DNA of 64,000 bases, from contig OX597820.1 in NCBI GenBank assembly GCA_951406725.2, positions 118,792,001 to 118,856,000 of the forward strand, in the 5' to 3' direction. The DNA is from Octopus vulgaris. Its lineage: Eukaryota. The stretch's first letter is position 1; each line of letters begins with the position of its first letter. Both the position numbers and the translations under genes were made by a program. Of the stretch, positions 41,636 to 56,604 are shown piece after piece. The notes beneath the pieces are model-generated. The model ran no database searches, was not told the origin of the DNA, and worked only from the letters and a program-made list of their open reading frames with translations.

Positions 41636-42862
41636 TTGGGTTAAATTTTGGAATTTTTTGCGTATTTATATTTTGGAATATATATATATTTTTTTTTTTT
41701 CTAGTTAATTTTAGTTAATTTTTGTTTATTTTCAGATCATTAAAATGGAATGTCAAGGGAAGGTGAACGCGCATTTTCGACACCTCCTTCTTTTTGCTTT
41801 TAATCAAGGTTCTAAGGCCGCAAAGGCTGCTCGCGACATTTGTGCTGTGTTTAGAGAGGGTGCCATAGCTGAAAGAACCACTCGTGATTGGTGTGCCAAG
41901 TTCAAAAATGGAAATTTAGACCTCGAAGGCGCACCTCGTTCTGGCTGTCCAGTTGAGTTCAATGAAGAGCGATTAACCAACTTTTGCACGAAAATTTTCC
42001 TTAAACCACAAGGGAACTGTCAGAGAAAATGGAATGATCCCACACTGCTATAGAAAAGCATCTTCAGTCAATGGGAAAGGTTCAGAAGTATGGAGCATGG
42101 GTTCCGCATGCTTTAAGTGACAACAACAAAAATCAACGAGCCACAGTCTCCGCTGGTTTGCTTGCTCGTCACCGCTCAACTCATGGACGCGAGCAACGGT
42201 TTCTTTACCGAATCGTTACTGGCGACGAAAAATGGAGCCTGTATATCAATATGAAGCAGCGTAAGGAATGGCTTAGCTCCGGCAAACAAGTGACACAGCG
42301 CGTGAAACAAGATCATCCGTGTAAAACGATGTTATGCGTATGGTGGGACTGGGAAGGGACTATCCATTTCGAATTGCTTGAAAGGACCAAACGGTCAACG
42401 TAGAACTCTGTGTTCAACAGATGAAGCAAGTCAACACGGCTATTCAATGAGAAAAGACCTAATCGTCAGCATGGAGTTCTTCTGCTGCACGACAACGCCC
42501 GCCCTCATATCACCAATATGACCAAGGAAGCCATTCAAACGCATGGCTGGGAAGTGCTGCCACACCCGCCGTACTCTCCTGATTTGGCACCAATGGATTT
42601 CCACCTTTTTCGATCTCTTTCAAATGCTATGCGCGGAGTTTCGTTCAATACTGATGGAGAATTGAGAGCTTGGTTGGATCAAGTTTTCAAGTCGAGATCA
42701 GGTGATTACTGCCAACGAGGTATTGAAAATCTTGTTGAACGTTGGGAAGAAGTTGTAAACAACAAAGGTGAATACATTATTGATTAATTAGTTGTTATTT
42801 TTATTAAAAGTTTTTAAATATTTAAATCTAAAAAAACCGCGGGAACTCAGTTTCCAATCTAA
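41636..42862 (+). mobile_element. Near-full-length mariner transposon (~1.23 kb)
   Basis: TA-flanked; imperfect TIRs (left TTGGGTT..GCGT, right end inverse TTAGATTGGAAACTGAGTTCCCGCGG); encodes a broken transposase. Confidence 0.92.
41745..42787 (+). pseudogene. Mariner DD34D transposase pseudogene
   Basis: ORFs 41745-42053, 42071-42403 and 42518-42787 give an HTH region, WVPHAL, IVTGDEKW, LHDNARPH and HPPYSPDLAPMDFHLF; 34 residues lie between the second and third D; several frameshifts and stops. Confidence 0.95.
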
Positions 42863-42881
42863 TATATATATATATATATAT

Positions 42882-42943
<62 letters not shown>

Positions 42944-42950
42944 GTATGTA

Positions 42951-43070
42951 TAGTCCTTAACGTTAAAAACGTTAAAGACGTTTTCAATTTCCCGAGCGTT
43001 ATACTAATACAACTGTTTGTTTTCTACACCACATGTCTTCGTCTTTTGCTTTATTTCATGAATTCTCCCT
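42951..43070 (+). mobile_element. Penelope-like terminal-repeat tail (same family as 50255-50416)
   Basis: AAAGACGTTTTC..TACTAATACA..TACACCAC..GTCTTCGTCTTTTG..CTCCC|TATATA is shared with 50315-50416. Confidence 0.6.
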
Positions 43071-43370
43071 ATATATATATATATATATATATACATACAC
43101 ACACACACACATATATATATATGTTCATTAACGACATTTGGACCAGTTTCATATAACATATGGTTTTCTGTGCACAAAGGTCGAACACATCTCATCAGAT
43201 AATTACAGAAATAAATTTTCTTCACATATCTGACGAGATGAGCTCGTCTGCACACCCGGACAACTTTAAGTCAGATGGAGCTGAATCAAACGGTTATTAG
43301 ATAATATCTGTAACTCCCTCCAAATATAGTGAATGCCATTCTCTTTTGTTCGACCGCTCACACGTGTCTA

Positions 43371-43465
<95 letters not shown>

Positions 43466-43548
43466 CAGTGTAGACGAGCGAGTGAACAATATACGTACAT
43501 ATATGTACACACACACACATATATATACATGCACAAGCATTCATATTC

Positions 43549-43579
<31 letters not shown>

Positions 43580-43814
43580 AATATAGACGTGGGGATTTTG
43601 TCGGAGTGGTAAGATGTTATTTAGTTGCTTTGCTCGTACATATATGAGCCGCAAGAACTAAGCATTTCTGACGGTTGATTTTTCCCCCGGATCATTCGTT
43701 GTATTTTCCTGGATGTAGTTGTTTCAATAATTTACATTTAGAATACCCGAGTTACCGTCTTTGTGAAGTTAGCCAATTATTGCGTCGTTCTCTTACTGAT
43801 AGTTGAATTATATG

Positions 43815-44490
43815 AAGGAGAAGAAGAAGAAGAAGAAGAAGAAGAAGAAGAAGAAGAAGAAGAAGAAGAAGAAGAAGAAGAAGAAGAAGAAGAAGAAGAA
43901 GAAAATAGAAGAGCACGAAAAAGAAGAAGAAGAAGAAGAAGAAGGTGGAGGAGGAGGAGGAGGAGGAGAAGAAGTAGACGAAGAAGAAGAAGAAAAAGAA
44001 AAAGAAAAAGAAACAGAAGAAGAAGAAGAAAAAGGAGGAGACGAAGAAGAAGTAGAAGAAGAAGAAGAAAAAAGAAAAAGAAGAAGAGGAAGTGGAGGAG
44101 GAGGAGCAGAAGAAGAAGAAGAAGAGGAAGGAGAGGAGGAGCAGAAGAAGAAGAAGAAGAAGAAAAAGAAGAAGAAGAAGAAGAAGAAGAAGAAGAAGAG
44201 AAAGAGGAGGTGGAGGGGAAGAAGGAGAAGAAAAGGAAGAAGGAGAAGAAGAAGAGAAAGAGAAGGTGGAGGGGAAGAAGGAGAAGAAAAGGAAGAAGGA
44301 GAAGAAGAAGAAGACGAGGAAGAAGAAGAAGAAAAAGAAGAAGAAAAAGAAGAAGAAATAGAAGAAATAGAAGAAGAAAGAGGAGACGAAGAAGAAGAAG
44401 AAGAAGAAGAAGAAGAAGAAGAAGAAGAAGAAGAAGAAGAAGAAGAAGAAGAAGAAGACGAAGAAGAATAAGAAGAAGCAAAGAAGAAAT
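43815..44490. repeat. (GAA/GGA)n polypurine low-complexity array
   Basis: About 670 bp, almost entirely purine; includes a ~57-bp internal tandem duplication near 44205-44312. Confidence 0.95.
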
Positions 44491-44684
44491 TCGAGGACTG
44501 AAGGAAGATAGGAACCCAACATGTAGCGAAGGATGCAACGTGAAGTTTAGGATTCACAGAATTGAGTCATCGAGACCAAACTTATTTATATTCTATAATC
44601 AGGTTCCATCTGATTATATACGCTGCATTCAAACCCCATAGGATGAATAAAAACACAATATTATTAATCGATATCCAACGTACA

Positions 44685-46860
<2,176 letters not shown>

Positions 46861-47108
46861 TGACGGTATTTCCATGCTGGTGTGTATGTATGGGTTTGTC
46901 TGTTGCGTGTGTATCTATTGTGTGCGTGTGCGCGCGTATTCGTGTACGTTGTAGCATTTATATAATCCTAAACAATGATATCAATAAACACCGAACCCAG
47001 AACAGTTGCCACATTCCTTATTGCCGAAACAAGGCGCGCAAACAATTCAATCAAGTTTTCAAAAATTGTAAACTTCCGGTCTCTGCTCGACGAAACCATT
47101 CGAATGGT

Positions 47109-47389
47109 GGAGGCAATTGGCCTAGTGGTTAGTGCAGCGGATAGGCGGTCGAGGGATCGTGGGTTCAAATCTCAGACCGGGCGATGCTGTGTGTTTATGA
47201 GCGAAAACACCTAAGCTCCACGCAGCTCCGGCAGAAGGTAATGGCGAACTTCTGCTGACTCTTTCGCCAAAACTTTCTCTCACCTGCGACGGACCGGCGT
47301 CCCGTCCAGGTGGAGAACCTATACGCCAAGAAACCGGGAAACCGGCCCCTTATGAGCCTGGCATGGTTCGAGAAGGAACAAACAAAAAC
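47109..47389 (+). mobile_element. tRNA-derived SINE family C
   Basis: Homologous to 15115-15399; retains CCTGCGACGGACCGGCGTCCCGTCCAGG, which resembles the V-SINE central domain (recalled). Confidence 0.9.
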
Positions 47390-47708
47390 CACTGGAAACC
47401 AAGTGCACCCTGATCGCTGGGACAAGCATCCACTTATTCAACTGATGCCATTTTGTATTCAGTTACCTCCTTCATTTAAAAATATTTCTGTGATTTTCTC
47501 TCACCATATTTTACATTCATCAATACTTAGTTTAATGGCCTTGAAAAGAAAACAGAGAGAGAATGAAGAACTTAGGGCATATACTTGAAAATCAAGCATC
47601 TGGAACCGATCGACTTCCCATTTGGTCTTCATTCCCTCTCACACTCCTTTTGGTATTTCTTTTTAATTCCTTTCTCTCTTCGCATCCTCTTCACATTTTA
47701 CTAATATT

Positions 47709-47943
47709 TTTGTCAATAAACAGCCATGGGACTCGAACCTACATCCCAGCTGAGTGTTTTACCATTAAGCTAAACTGACCACTGACAAATTTATCTGCGA
47801 ATTTAGACGCTGAATAGCTAAATGAGCATATACGTCTATGTATTTTTTTATAACTCTAAATTTGCGGATAAACTTTCAGTGAAGAGTTGAAGGTGGAGTT
47901 TCGATGGATGTAGGTTCGAATCTCATGGCTGCTTGTTGACAAA
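47709..47943. mobile_element. Fold-back element with outward-facing tRNA-like arms
   Basis: 47709-47746 is inverted relative to 47906-47943; inner IR CACTGA..AATTTAGA / TCTAAATT..TCAGTG; the arms contain GGTTCGA(G/A)TC B boxes. Confidence 0.65.
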
Positions 47944-48107
47944 TTTTTCCGCTTTGTAAGAGTAATTTACCTAGTATATCTGCGGGAATTCCGCGTTCGA
48001 AAATATATCTTATTTGTATCGTACAAAATATATATGCATATATTACATCTCATATGAATGACTTACTGCCATCTACAATTGTCTTTTCTTTTCATACATA
48101 TATAGAT

Positions 48108-48202
<95 letters not shown>

Positions 48203-48309
48203 GCATATATATATATACATATATATATAATGGGGGAAGAGAGGGATAATTAAAGCAAAAATGTATAAATTTCGCATATTGCTAATATCAACTGTAAATC
48301 AATAGAGCT

Positions 48310-48845
48310 CAACAGTTGTTTCAATGGTGTAGCTTATCATTCTATTATTCAGAACTCTTAGGATTATACACTTATGTGAAAATATTCTACTGGGTATACG
48401 ATAATCCGTATGTACTGACAAGAGAAGCTACAAGAGGAAGTCCTCTTGTCGGATGTGCTGCTTGTGGATTCTTACACGTTGGCAAAGAGAATTATTGGTT
48501 TCGCCTATATAATTCTCCTTGTATTTGGGGCAAGTAATGCAGTTTATGAAGTTTTATGACTTGCAGTTCATATTTGCATTTATTTTGAATAAGAATCGAT
48601 TCTTGAATTTTATGTTGGTGTCCCCATCTATATATTTGTAGTTATTGTTGTTGTTGAATATTCCAAATCTGCTGTCTCTACTTTCCTTTACGGAGAGTTG
48701 TTTCATTCTCTGATGTGAATTTTGCTCTTGTAGGCATTTTTAATGTTTTTTTTCTTGGCGTGTATTTTAGCGGTAGCTTTTGTCTATCAGTTTTTTCATT
48801 TGGGGTATGTGTAAGAACATTGTTAGGTGTGATCGTATAATAGAA
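48310..48845 (-). mobile_element. Penelope-like GIY-YIG endonuclease fragment (second family)
   Basis: Minus strand: FKINANMNCKS*NFINCITCPKYKENYIGETNNSLCQRVRIHKQHI. Confidence 0.75.
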
Positions 48846-48956
48846 TAAATTATATAATAACCACCCAACATCTGATTACCTTACCAGTCTAAATATACAA
48901 TATCTGTGCATCACTTCAAAATCTCCCTCTCTCTCTCTCTCGCTATATGTATATAC

Positions 48957-49039
<83 letters not shown>

Positions 49040-49461
49040 CATATATACATACACACATACACACATACACACATACACACATACACACACATATATATAT
49101 ATATGTACGTATATACAAATACATATATATGTACATATATGTGTGTATTTGTGCTTGTTAGTGCCATTCGTCTATATAAGATAATTTGCCAACATGGCGA
49201 ACGAAACACTATGGGTCTCTTACAATATATCGTCGGTAAGACATGGCGGTTGCTATTCGCTATTAACATATCTTACGTCGTTAATAACTATTTCACTTAA
49301 CCTACCAGGTCTTTCCGACAAAAGTGTATGATTAGTCACAGTTTTTCTTTGTAACACTAGAGATGAGGCTTAGCTCGTATGGGGTGATAGAGGAGAGCTG
49401 CTGCAGATGACACGCAAACACGTAGAAATCACGGAATCTAGCATTTCCACTGCCAGTGATG

Positions 49462-49879
49462 CAGGATGGATTAAGACCCATAGAGGCCCTAAGCACTTAT
49501 AAGATTTTGGTGTCCCCTAATTTATATAATTCAGATTATAATCAATAACAAACAATAAAATAAATTTTTATATATTTTCAAAATGAAACAAAGCTAACAG
49601 TAAGATGGAAAATCCTGATTAATTTTTATCCTCCACTTTATATTTGAAAAGTTTTTTTTCCTACTTTTTCTAATTGCAAAGTTTTTGATCAGATCTTCAA
49701 AATTAATCTCATATAACACCACTGCTTTTATGTTTAGAGATAATGCATCTCAAATAATATTTTAGTAAGTTTAAACGCATTTCTTTTGTGCTGTACACCA
49801 TTTACAATTTCTGTGGTGCCACGCTTCCCTTAAAGCCCTAAGCACGAGCTTACTTTGCTTAATCGCTAATCCAATGCTT
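49462..49879. mobile_element. Old hAT-like non-autonomous DNA transposon
   Basis: Ends CAGGATGGATTAAG.. and ..CTAATCCAATGCT with the repeated subterminal motif GCCCTAAGCAC; degenerate. Confidence 0.45.
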
Positions 49880-50193
49880 TAGTGATTGATGCTTTTCGTC
49901 TACTACTGCACTTTTTAGCTGTATACTACTATAAGACATGGTTTCTCAAGCCGACTAAAGCAGTACTATTGTGTTCTTACAGTATGTCTATATAATGTAG
50001 GATATGCAGAATACATACCCACAGACATATGTATGCGTGTGTATATGGGTGTTTGAGAGTGTGTGTGTGCGTGTGCGTGTGCATGTATGTGTACCCGATG
50101 TGGCATATACATTTACATATTATATCAACATATTAATTTTACACATAATTCAGGTACAAACTTATTACCGGCTATGGTGAAACCAAACGGTGA

Positions 50194-50254
<61 letters not shown>

Positions 50255-50412
50255 ATCCTTTCTCTCCTTGTTTTCTGTGTCCCTTTCTGTAGAAGAGCGT
50301 AGGCTCGAAGCGTAAAAGACTTTTTCTATTCCTTAGTGTTCTACTAATACATCTGTTTGTTTTGTACACCACCTGTCTTCGTCTTTTGTTGTGTGTTTTT
50401 TTCGTAAACTCT

Positions 50413-50416
<4 letters not shown>
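50255..50416 (+). mobile_element. Penelope-like terminal repeat with a hammerhead-like motif, inserted in (TA)n
   Basis: CTTT - CTGTAGA A - GAGC gtag GCTC - GAAG CG TA - AAAG at 50283-50318; tail homologous to 42951-43070. Confidence 0.55.
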
Positions 50417-50465
<49 letters not shown>

Positions 50466-50844
50466 CACAGACGAGAGCACGCATTTGATTCCACATGTAA
50501 AATTATGAGTAGTAAGTACCTACCGTTACGAAAATAAAGTGATTATTACTGTCCAGTATTGTATTGAGTGGGCCGTTCTTAAAGTCAATTAACCCTAATC
50601 TTATGTGCATGTATATATACACGCTGGTTTGTTTAAAAGTCAGTATACAGTAAGTATCGCATCAACGTTACAATACTTAATTCATTAAATAATTAGCACA
50701 TTAAATTAGTTAGCCTCATTTTTAATATTTTCAGTGTAATTTATCACAATACATTTATCATAACTTTTATTTTTTTTGATAAAAATAAATGAGCACTGCA
50801 CGTGTTTTCTTTTTTCATAACTCTACATGTACTTTTGCAATATC

Positions 50845-50889
<45 letters not shown>

Positions 50890-51426
50890 TGAGCATATGT
50901 TTGTTTCGATATGTGTATGTGTAAGTATGTGTGTTGAAGCCAAGCTTTCAGATATTAATGAAAATTTTAAAATCGTTTCCAACCACTAATAATGGCTCCT
51001 GACAGCACAATAACCCCAGATAACTCCTGTATTAATTCTGAGCCGTTTGCCATCACGTCATAGCAACATGTATCATCCAGATAATTAGACTGTGAGCAAC
51101 TAAACATGTCGATGCTAACGCACACCTTCAGACATTTTATGAGAAGCTGTTTGATTGTTTTCGAATTTAGATACCCTCAGGTTATATTGAAGTGATTTGG
51201 AATATGGACTGTATAAAGCTTAGTGAAATTATTATAAATTTCTGAATCATGTTATCAAATATTTCTTGGTAATTAATCCGTTAGATTCGTATATTATATC
51301 AGACATAAAGTCAAGCGTTTCTCTCGAATTACCAATTAAACTATATTACAGCGGCCATCTTAATAACGTTTAAATATAATATATATGATATACGACAATG
51401 AACGCGGTCAATATTACCAAATTATG

Positions 51427-51465
<39 letters not shown>

Positions 51466-51981
51466 ATGTGTAGAAACTTCTATACGAGTGAGTGTATACA
51501 TGTATATATATATATATGTGTGTGTGTGTGTGCATATATATATATATATATACATATATATATTTATGTATGTAAATATATATATATATATATAATATAT
51601 ATACATACCATACATACATGCATATATATTTATATATTGTATGCATGTATATACATGTGTATATATCTTTGAATGTATGCATATGCGTGTAAGTTAATTA
51701 TGATTAATGACAGCACGAAGTAGGCAGACACATATAGACGTTGCTTAGCTGCGGAATGTGTAGCATTAAGACTCTATGAAATTAATATATAGGACCTGAA
51801 TATATTGGCAGGAACATTATCAGAAAACTGTAAGAAAAATATAAGCAAAAAAAAAAATTGAGGTGGTTTGAATCACGCAGAATTACACAATACATCATAC
51901 AGAGATGGTTAGTAAATGGACGATGCCGGAATATCATATATACTCCGCTAATTATCTACCATCTTACTCTATCCTAATATC

Positions 51982-52013
<32 letters not shown>

Positions 52014-52179
52014 TGTATGTATGTATGTATGTATGTATGTATGTATGTATGTATGTATGTATGTATGTATGTGTGTGTATGTATGTGTGCGTATGTATGT
52101 ATGCATGTGTGTCTATGTATGTATCTATGTATGTATGTATGTATATGTATATATATATATGTATCTATGTATGTATGTA

Positions 52180-52564
52180 ATTATGCAATTTATTTCAAGC
52201 TTTCTTGCCAATAGAAAAAGAAACGGTTTCTAACCTAGATCCAAGGTTCCTTCATTGGAATTTCAACATCAAAAACAGGCTATTTTTTGTATGTATGTAT
52301 GTATGTATGTATGTATGTATGTATGTATGTATGTATGTATGTATGTATGTATGTATGTATGCAGATTATACATTTTGTTCTCGTGTATTCTCGTGCGTTT
52401 TTGGACATAAACTTCTGGAAAGTTTTACAGATTTTTACAGTTCCAGTGATGGATTGGATTTGTAGTCTTCGAATTAGCTTTCTCCTTTCTGGTTTTGAGA
52501 AGACTAATTTCTCAAGATTGTTATTTAGGCAGTGTGTTACATATCCCAGAGCCCAAATAATTAT
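52180..52564 (-). mobile_element. 3' end of an RLE-type LINE embedded in (TATG)n
   Basis: IIWALGYVTHCLNNNLEKL..LIRRLQIQSITGTVKICKTFQKF; (TATG)n on both sides and inside the 3' UTR. Confidence 0.8.
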
Positions 52565-52742
52565 GTATGTATGTATGTGTGCATGTATGTATGTGTGCAT
52601 GTATGTATGTATCTATGTATGCTTTTATGTATCTCTCACTCACTATCTCTACATACGTACGTACATACATACATAGACATACATGCATATATATGTATAT
52701 TTATTTATCAATATATATATGATTATCTTTTGTGTTTTATAC

Positions 52743-52932
52743 CTTACTTGTTTCAGTCACCATATTGCGGCCATGCTGGGGCACCGTCTCGCAGAGTAGA
52801 TCTCAGTACTTATATTTTAAACCTGGTACCTATTATATTAGTCTCTTTGCCGAACCACTAAGTTAGAGGGACGTAAACAGACCAACACCGGTTGTCAGTT
52901 GGTGGTGAGGGACAAACACCGACACGAAGATA

Positions 52933-52976
<44 letters not shown>
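52743..52976 (-). mobile_element. Diverged SINE family A, 3' half
   Basis: TTACTTGTTTCAGTCA..GCGGCCATGCTGGGGCACC..CTTTGCCGAACCACTAAG..GGACAAACAC(CA)n. Confidence 0.8.
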
Positions 52977-52977
<1 letters not shown>

Positions 52978-53342
52978 CTATTCAAAAGAGAATTTTATTC
53001 GTACATTATCGCAAGAATGATTCACCTGTTATTTACACACATCCTGTTTCTATTTTGAAATGTCTCATTACGTGACTTGCATAATTTTCGTTTCAAAAGG
53101 CTTAAGCGAGATGACCCAGTGCGGCCGGCGGCAACAATCTACACAACAAACATTAACACAAAAGAAAACGTAAAATAACATAGGAAATAAATTATTCACT
53201 TTTTTGAAATTAGATTCATTTTTGATAAAGGAGAAAACAAACACCAACAGCGATTGAATAGCCAACACTTAAATACAAAGGGGAGATAATTACAATATGT
53301 ACGTATATACGTATGTATGCGTGTGTTTCCATATATATATAT

Positions 53343-53386
<44 letters not shown>

Positions 53387-53566
53387 TATTGCGACAATAA
53401 CCTAATTCGTGTCATTTGAATTCAGCAAGATTAGGATAAAAGCATCTGCTTTACAGACAGACCGGCGACCACCTCATATAAATATATTTCTATTGTAGAG
53501 ATATGGCAGATGTTTCTAGACGCATCCATCACTCTTTCTCTCAGCTACCGTTCCCTCTCTTTCACT

Positions 53567-53600
<34 letters not shown>

Positions 53601-53959
53601 TCTTGCTCGCTGAGGCTTTCCCCTTTCTTACCATCTCCCTCCTCTCAAAATATATATTTGAAAATGCAGCACCGCTTCATCATGACAATCGTATAATTGT
53701 TACATTATTCTCATACTTGTTTCTCCCTGAATGATCTATGAGCTTGATGCAGCATCGCTATGAAGTCTTCATATAATTTATATTATCCGACAGAAAAATA
53801 ATACAAAATCTATTTGACTTGGATTTGAAATCAGAAACTAAAGGGAAGTAATCAAATACAGCATTAGCGTTCTATCATAAGATTTACCGATTTGAATTAC
53901 GATCAATAAACTAGGCATGTCGCTTTGTCTAATGAGCTTTACTCTGCTCTTCTCGTGCA

Positions 53960-54260
53960 TGAAACAAGATGCTTTCCTGTACACACTTTGCTGCCCAGGC
54001 AAAAAAATTCACCATCGTTAAATCAAGGCAAATTGACCACTGGCGCTGAGGTTAATATGATTTCTGTAAGACAATTTTGACATTTCCATATACGTCTAAT
54101 GACTGTGCAATTGGTAAATATGTCTTGCGGTCTCCATTGCGCAATAAAATACATTCCAAACTTCTGGTGGACCTGTCTATAGAATGCACCCAACTTTGTG
54201 GTCAATATGTTTGTTGTCCCATTTAAAAATGCAATCCAGGGATGTTACTGCAGTAAAGTA
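53960..54260 (-). mobile_element. Possible ancient Ty3/Gypsy pol remnant (RT-RNase H connection)
   Basis: GAFYRQVHQKF..IWKCQNCLTEIILTSAPVVNLP*F resembles the YYRKFI..W..CQ.AF..LTSAPVL..PDF consensus; weak. Confidence 0.35.
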
Positions 54261-54274
54261 CTTCCTCTTCACTG

Positions 54275-54677
54275 AAGCGTAGGAGTGGCTGTGTGGTAAG
54301 TAGCTTGCTTACGAACCACATGGTTCCGGGTTCAGTCCCACTGCGTGGCACTTTGGGCGAGTGTCATCTACTATAACCTCGGGCTGACCAAAGCCTTGTG
54401 AGTGGATTTGGTAGACGGAAACTGAAAGAAGCCTGTCGTATATACGTATATGTATATACATGTGGTGTGTTTGTGTATCTGTGTTTGTCCTCCCAACTTC
54501 ACTTGACAACCGATGCTGGTGTGTTTACGTCCCCGTCACTTAGCGGTTCGGCAAAAGAGACCGATAGAATAAGTACTACGCTTATAAGGAATAAGCCCCG
54601 GGGTCGATTTACTCGACTAAAAAAAAGGCGCTGCTCCAGCATGGCCACTGTCAAATGACTGAAGCAAGTAAAAGAGA
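54275..54677 (+). mobile_element. SINE family A, full length
   Basis: Head GGAGTGGCTGTGTGGTAAG..GGTTCAGTCCC; tail CAAATGACTGAAGCAAGTAAAAGAG. Confidence 0.93.
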
Positions 54678-56604
54678 AGCAAGGAAGAAGTACTCCACTT
54701 TTTATTGATAGGATGTTAGTGTAATTTCTAGTTGCAGACAATTCTTTTCTTTTGCCCTTGTTTAGACCCAGCGAACTGTTTTCATTAAATGAGATCTCAT
54801 ATCACAAATCTCAATCCTCAACATCGAATTCTTTTCGAAGAAATGGTTTCGGGACTGAGTATTAGTTATATTCATTGCTAACATCTGTAGATGACTCCGA
54901 ACTTCGAATTTCTTCAAAATCTAAAAACGGAAGGTCAGGTGAGAGGTAAACAGTAGTATGAGAATGTATTTGCTATGTGCTATTGCTCGCTTAGTTGATT
55001 CCAAACCAAAATATTCTTATATATATTATTTTGTAGCAGTTGAAACCTTTCACATTAACGGCATAAAAATAACACGTAGTCGTTTTGCAGATCACGTGAC
55101 ACAATAGGCAATACGATGCTTCAAAGCTGTTCTTATCGTTTGCCTATTACCGAAGGAACTCAATATAGACCTTCCACACCTTATGATAACTAATGGCTTA
55201 TGTCCCATCTCCAAGCTTTAAACCAAAATAAGAAAGGCTTCTTTTACAAACACGCTCGTCAGTTAATAAATCTTACAAATATTAAATTTGTTAAGAAAAA
55301 TTGATTAAAAATTTATGTAAAAGAGAAATCTATCTCTGTTTTTCTCAGGTAAATAACAAAGCCTCAAACGTTTGTTATTGTGAGACTTATTGTGAAACGT
55401 AAGAGACCTATTGTGCTCATTTGTAAAATATTCAATACCTGTTTAATTATAAAACGTTTAATTATAAAACGTAATCCAAATTTTGAGAATTTCAATTATA
55501 TTTAACGCTTACTTATACTTTTGCGTACCATAAATCTGTGTGTTGGCTGCTTCTTGTTTCTTTGGATGAAGAGCGTCAGGGGTCATGGACATTTACCAGG
55601 TCTTAGAAATTTGAAAGGGGAGGAGTGGCGAAAGAAACCAGAACTGGACAGTTGCGTTGTTACATTACAAAATCGTGCATCAGGATAACATTTATATTCG
55701 GATATGAAAGCCGTCGTCAAAAGTGTGCAACAATGCAAATATAAAATGAATATAAAAGATACACATTGAGTATGTGGAAGTATTATGGTAAGCCACAGAC
55801 TAGGCCTATATCTCAAAGACAACCTAATTAAATTATCAGAACAAATGTATTTTTTTTCCTCTTTTCTATGCGTCCTTTCTGAAATAGATTCCAAGTACTG
55901 CTTTGTAATGAAAAACATGAACTTAATATTTATATGTCACCGTCTCGTGTTTTTGTGTTTTTTCTTCGTTATTTTAGATATTCATTTTTGTGTATAATTG
56001 ATCGCTTTTTGTTTTCCTCGATGTTTATTCTGCTGTTGTTGTTTTTTGGGTCGATGTTTGCTGTGCGTTGTACACTCTACTTTCAAAGAAGACAATTCGT
56101 TATTGTAAATATTGACAGTGAATAGTCAATTTAACTTCTGTATTCCGAAATGTAACGATATACCAATACCCGAATCAGTGATTATATGCGAAGCATCACA
56201 TGAGAATAAGAACAAAAAATAAAATAATGCAGGAACAAAAATGATAACAAAACCAAGAACTGACAAAGCAGTTGTCCAATAAATAAACAAAGCACTAATA
56301 CATCAAATAGGCAGAAAGATAAATAAACATTGATCTTATTAATCATTAAGGTTTAGAGTGGAAGATAAACCAGCACAAAATGGGGGCGGGAGGGGAGAAT
56401 CAAAATGGCGAAAATATGTAATTATATAGTATCAACGTCTTATTAAATTTACAGATTGATTTTACAGACACAAAAAAAAAGATGTAAAATTAAAGAGGAA
56501 ACAAATACAGAGTATACATACCATACACCACTCTGTTTTAAGCATACACACAATCTCTTTCTCTCTCTTCCTCTCCTCGCTTTCTATCTCTGGAAATAGA
56601 ATAA

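Noticed and set aside
41745-42787. Domesticated transposase gene (SETMAR-like)
   Set aside because: Frameshifts and stops, no SET domain, and transposon ends are present.
43752-44641. Overlapping 222-292 aa Glu/Arg/Lys- or Leu/Ser/Phe-rich ORFs
   Set aside because: Open in nearly all frames because the DNA is a GAA/GGA repeat.
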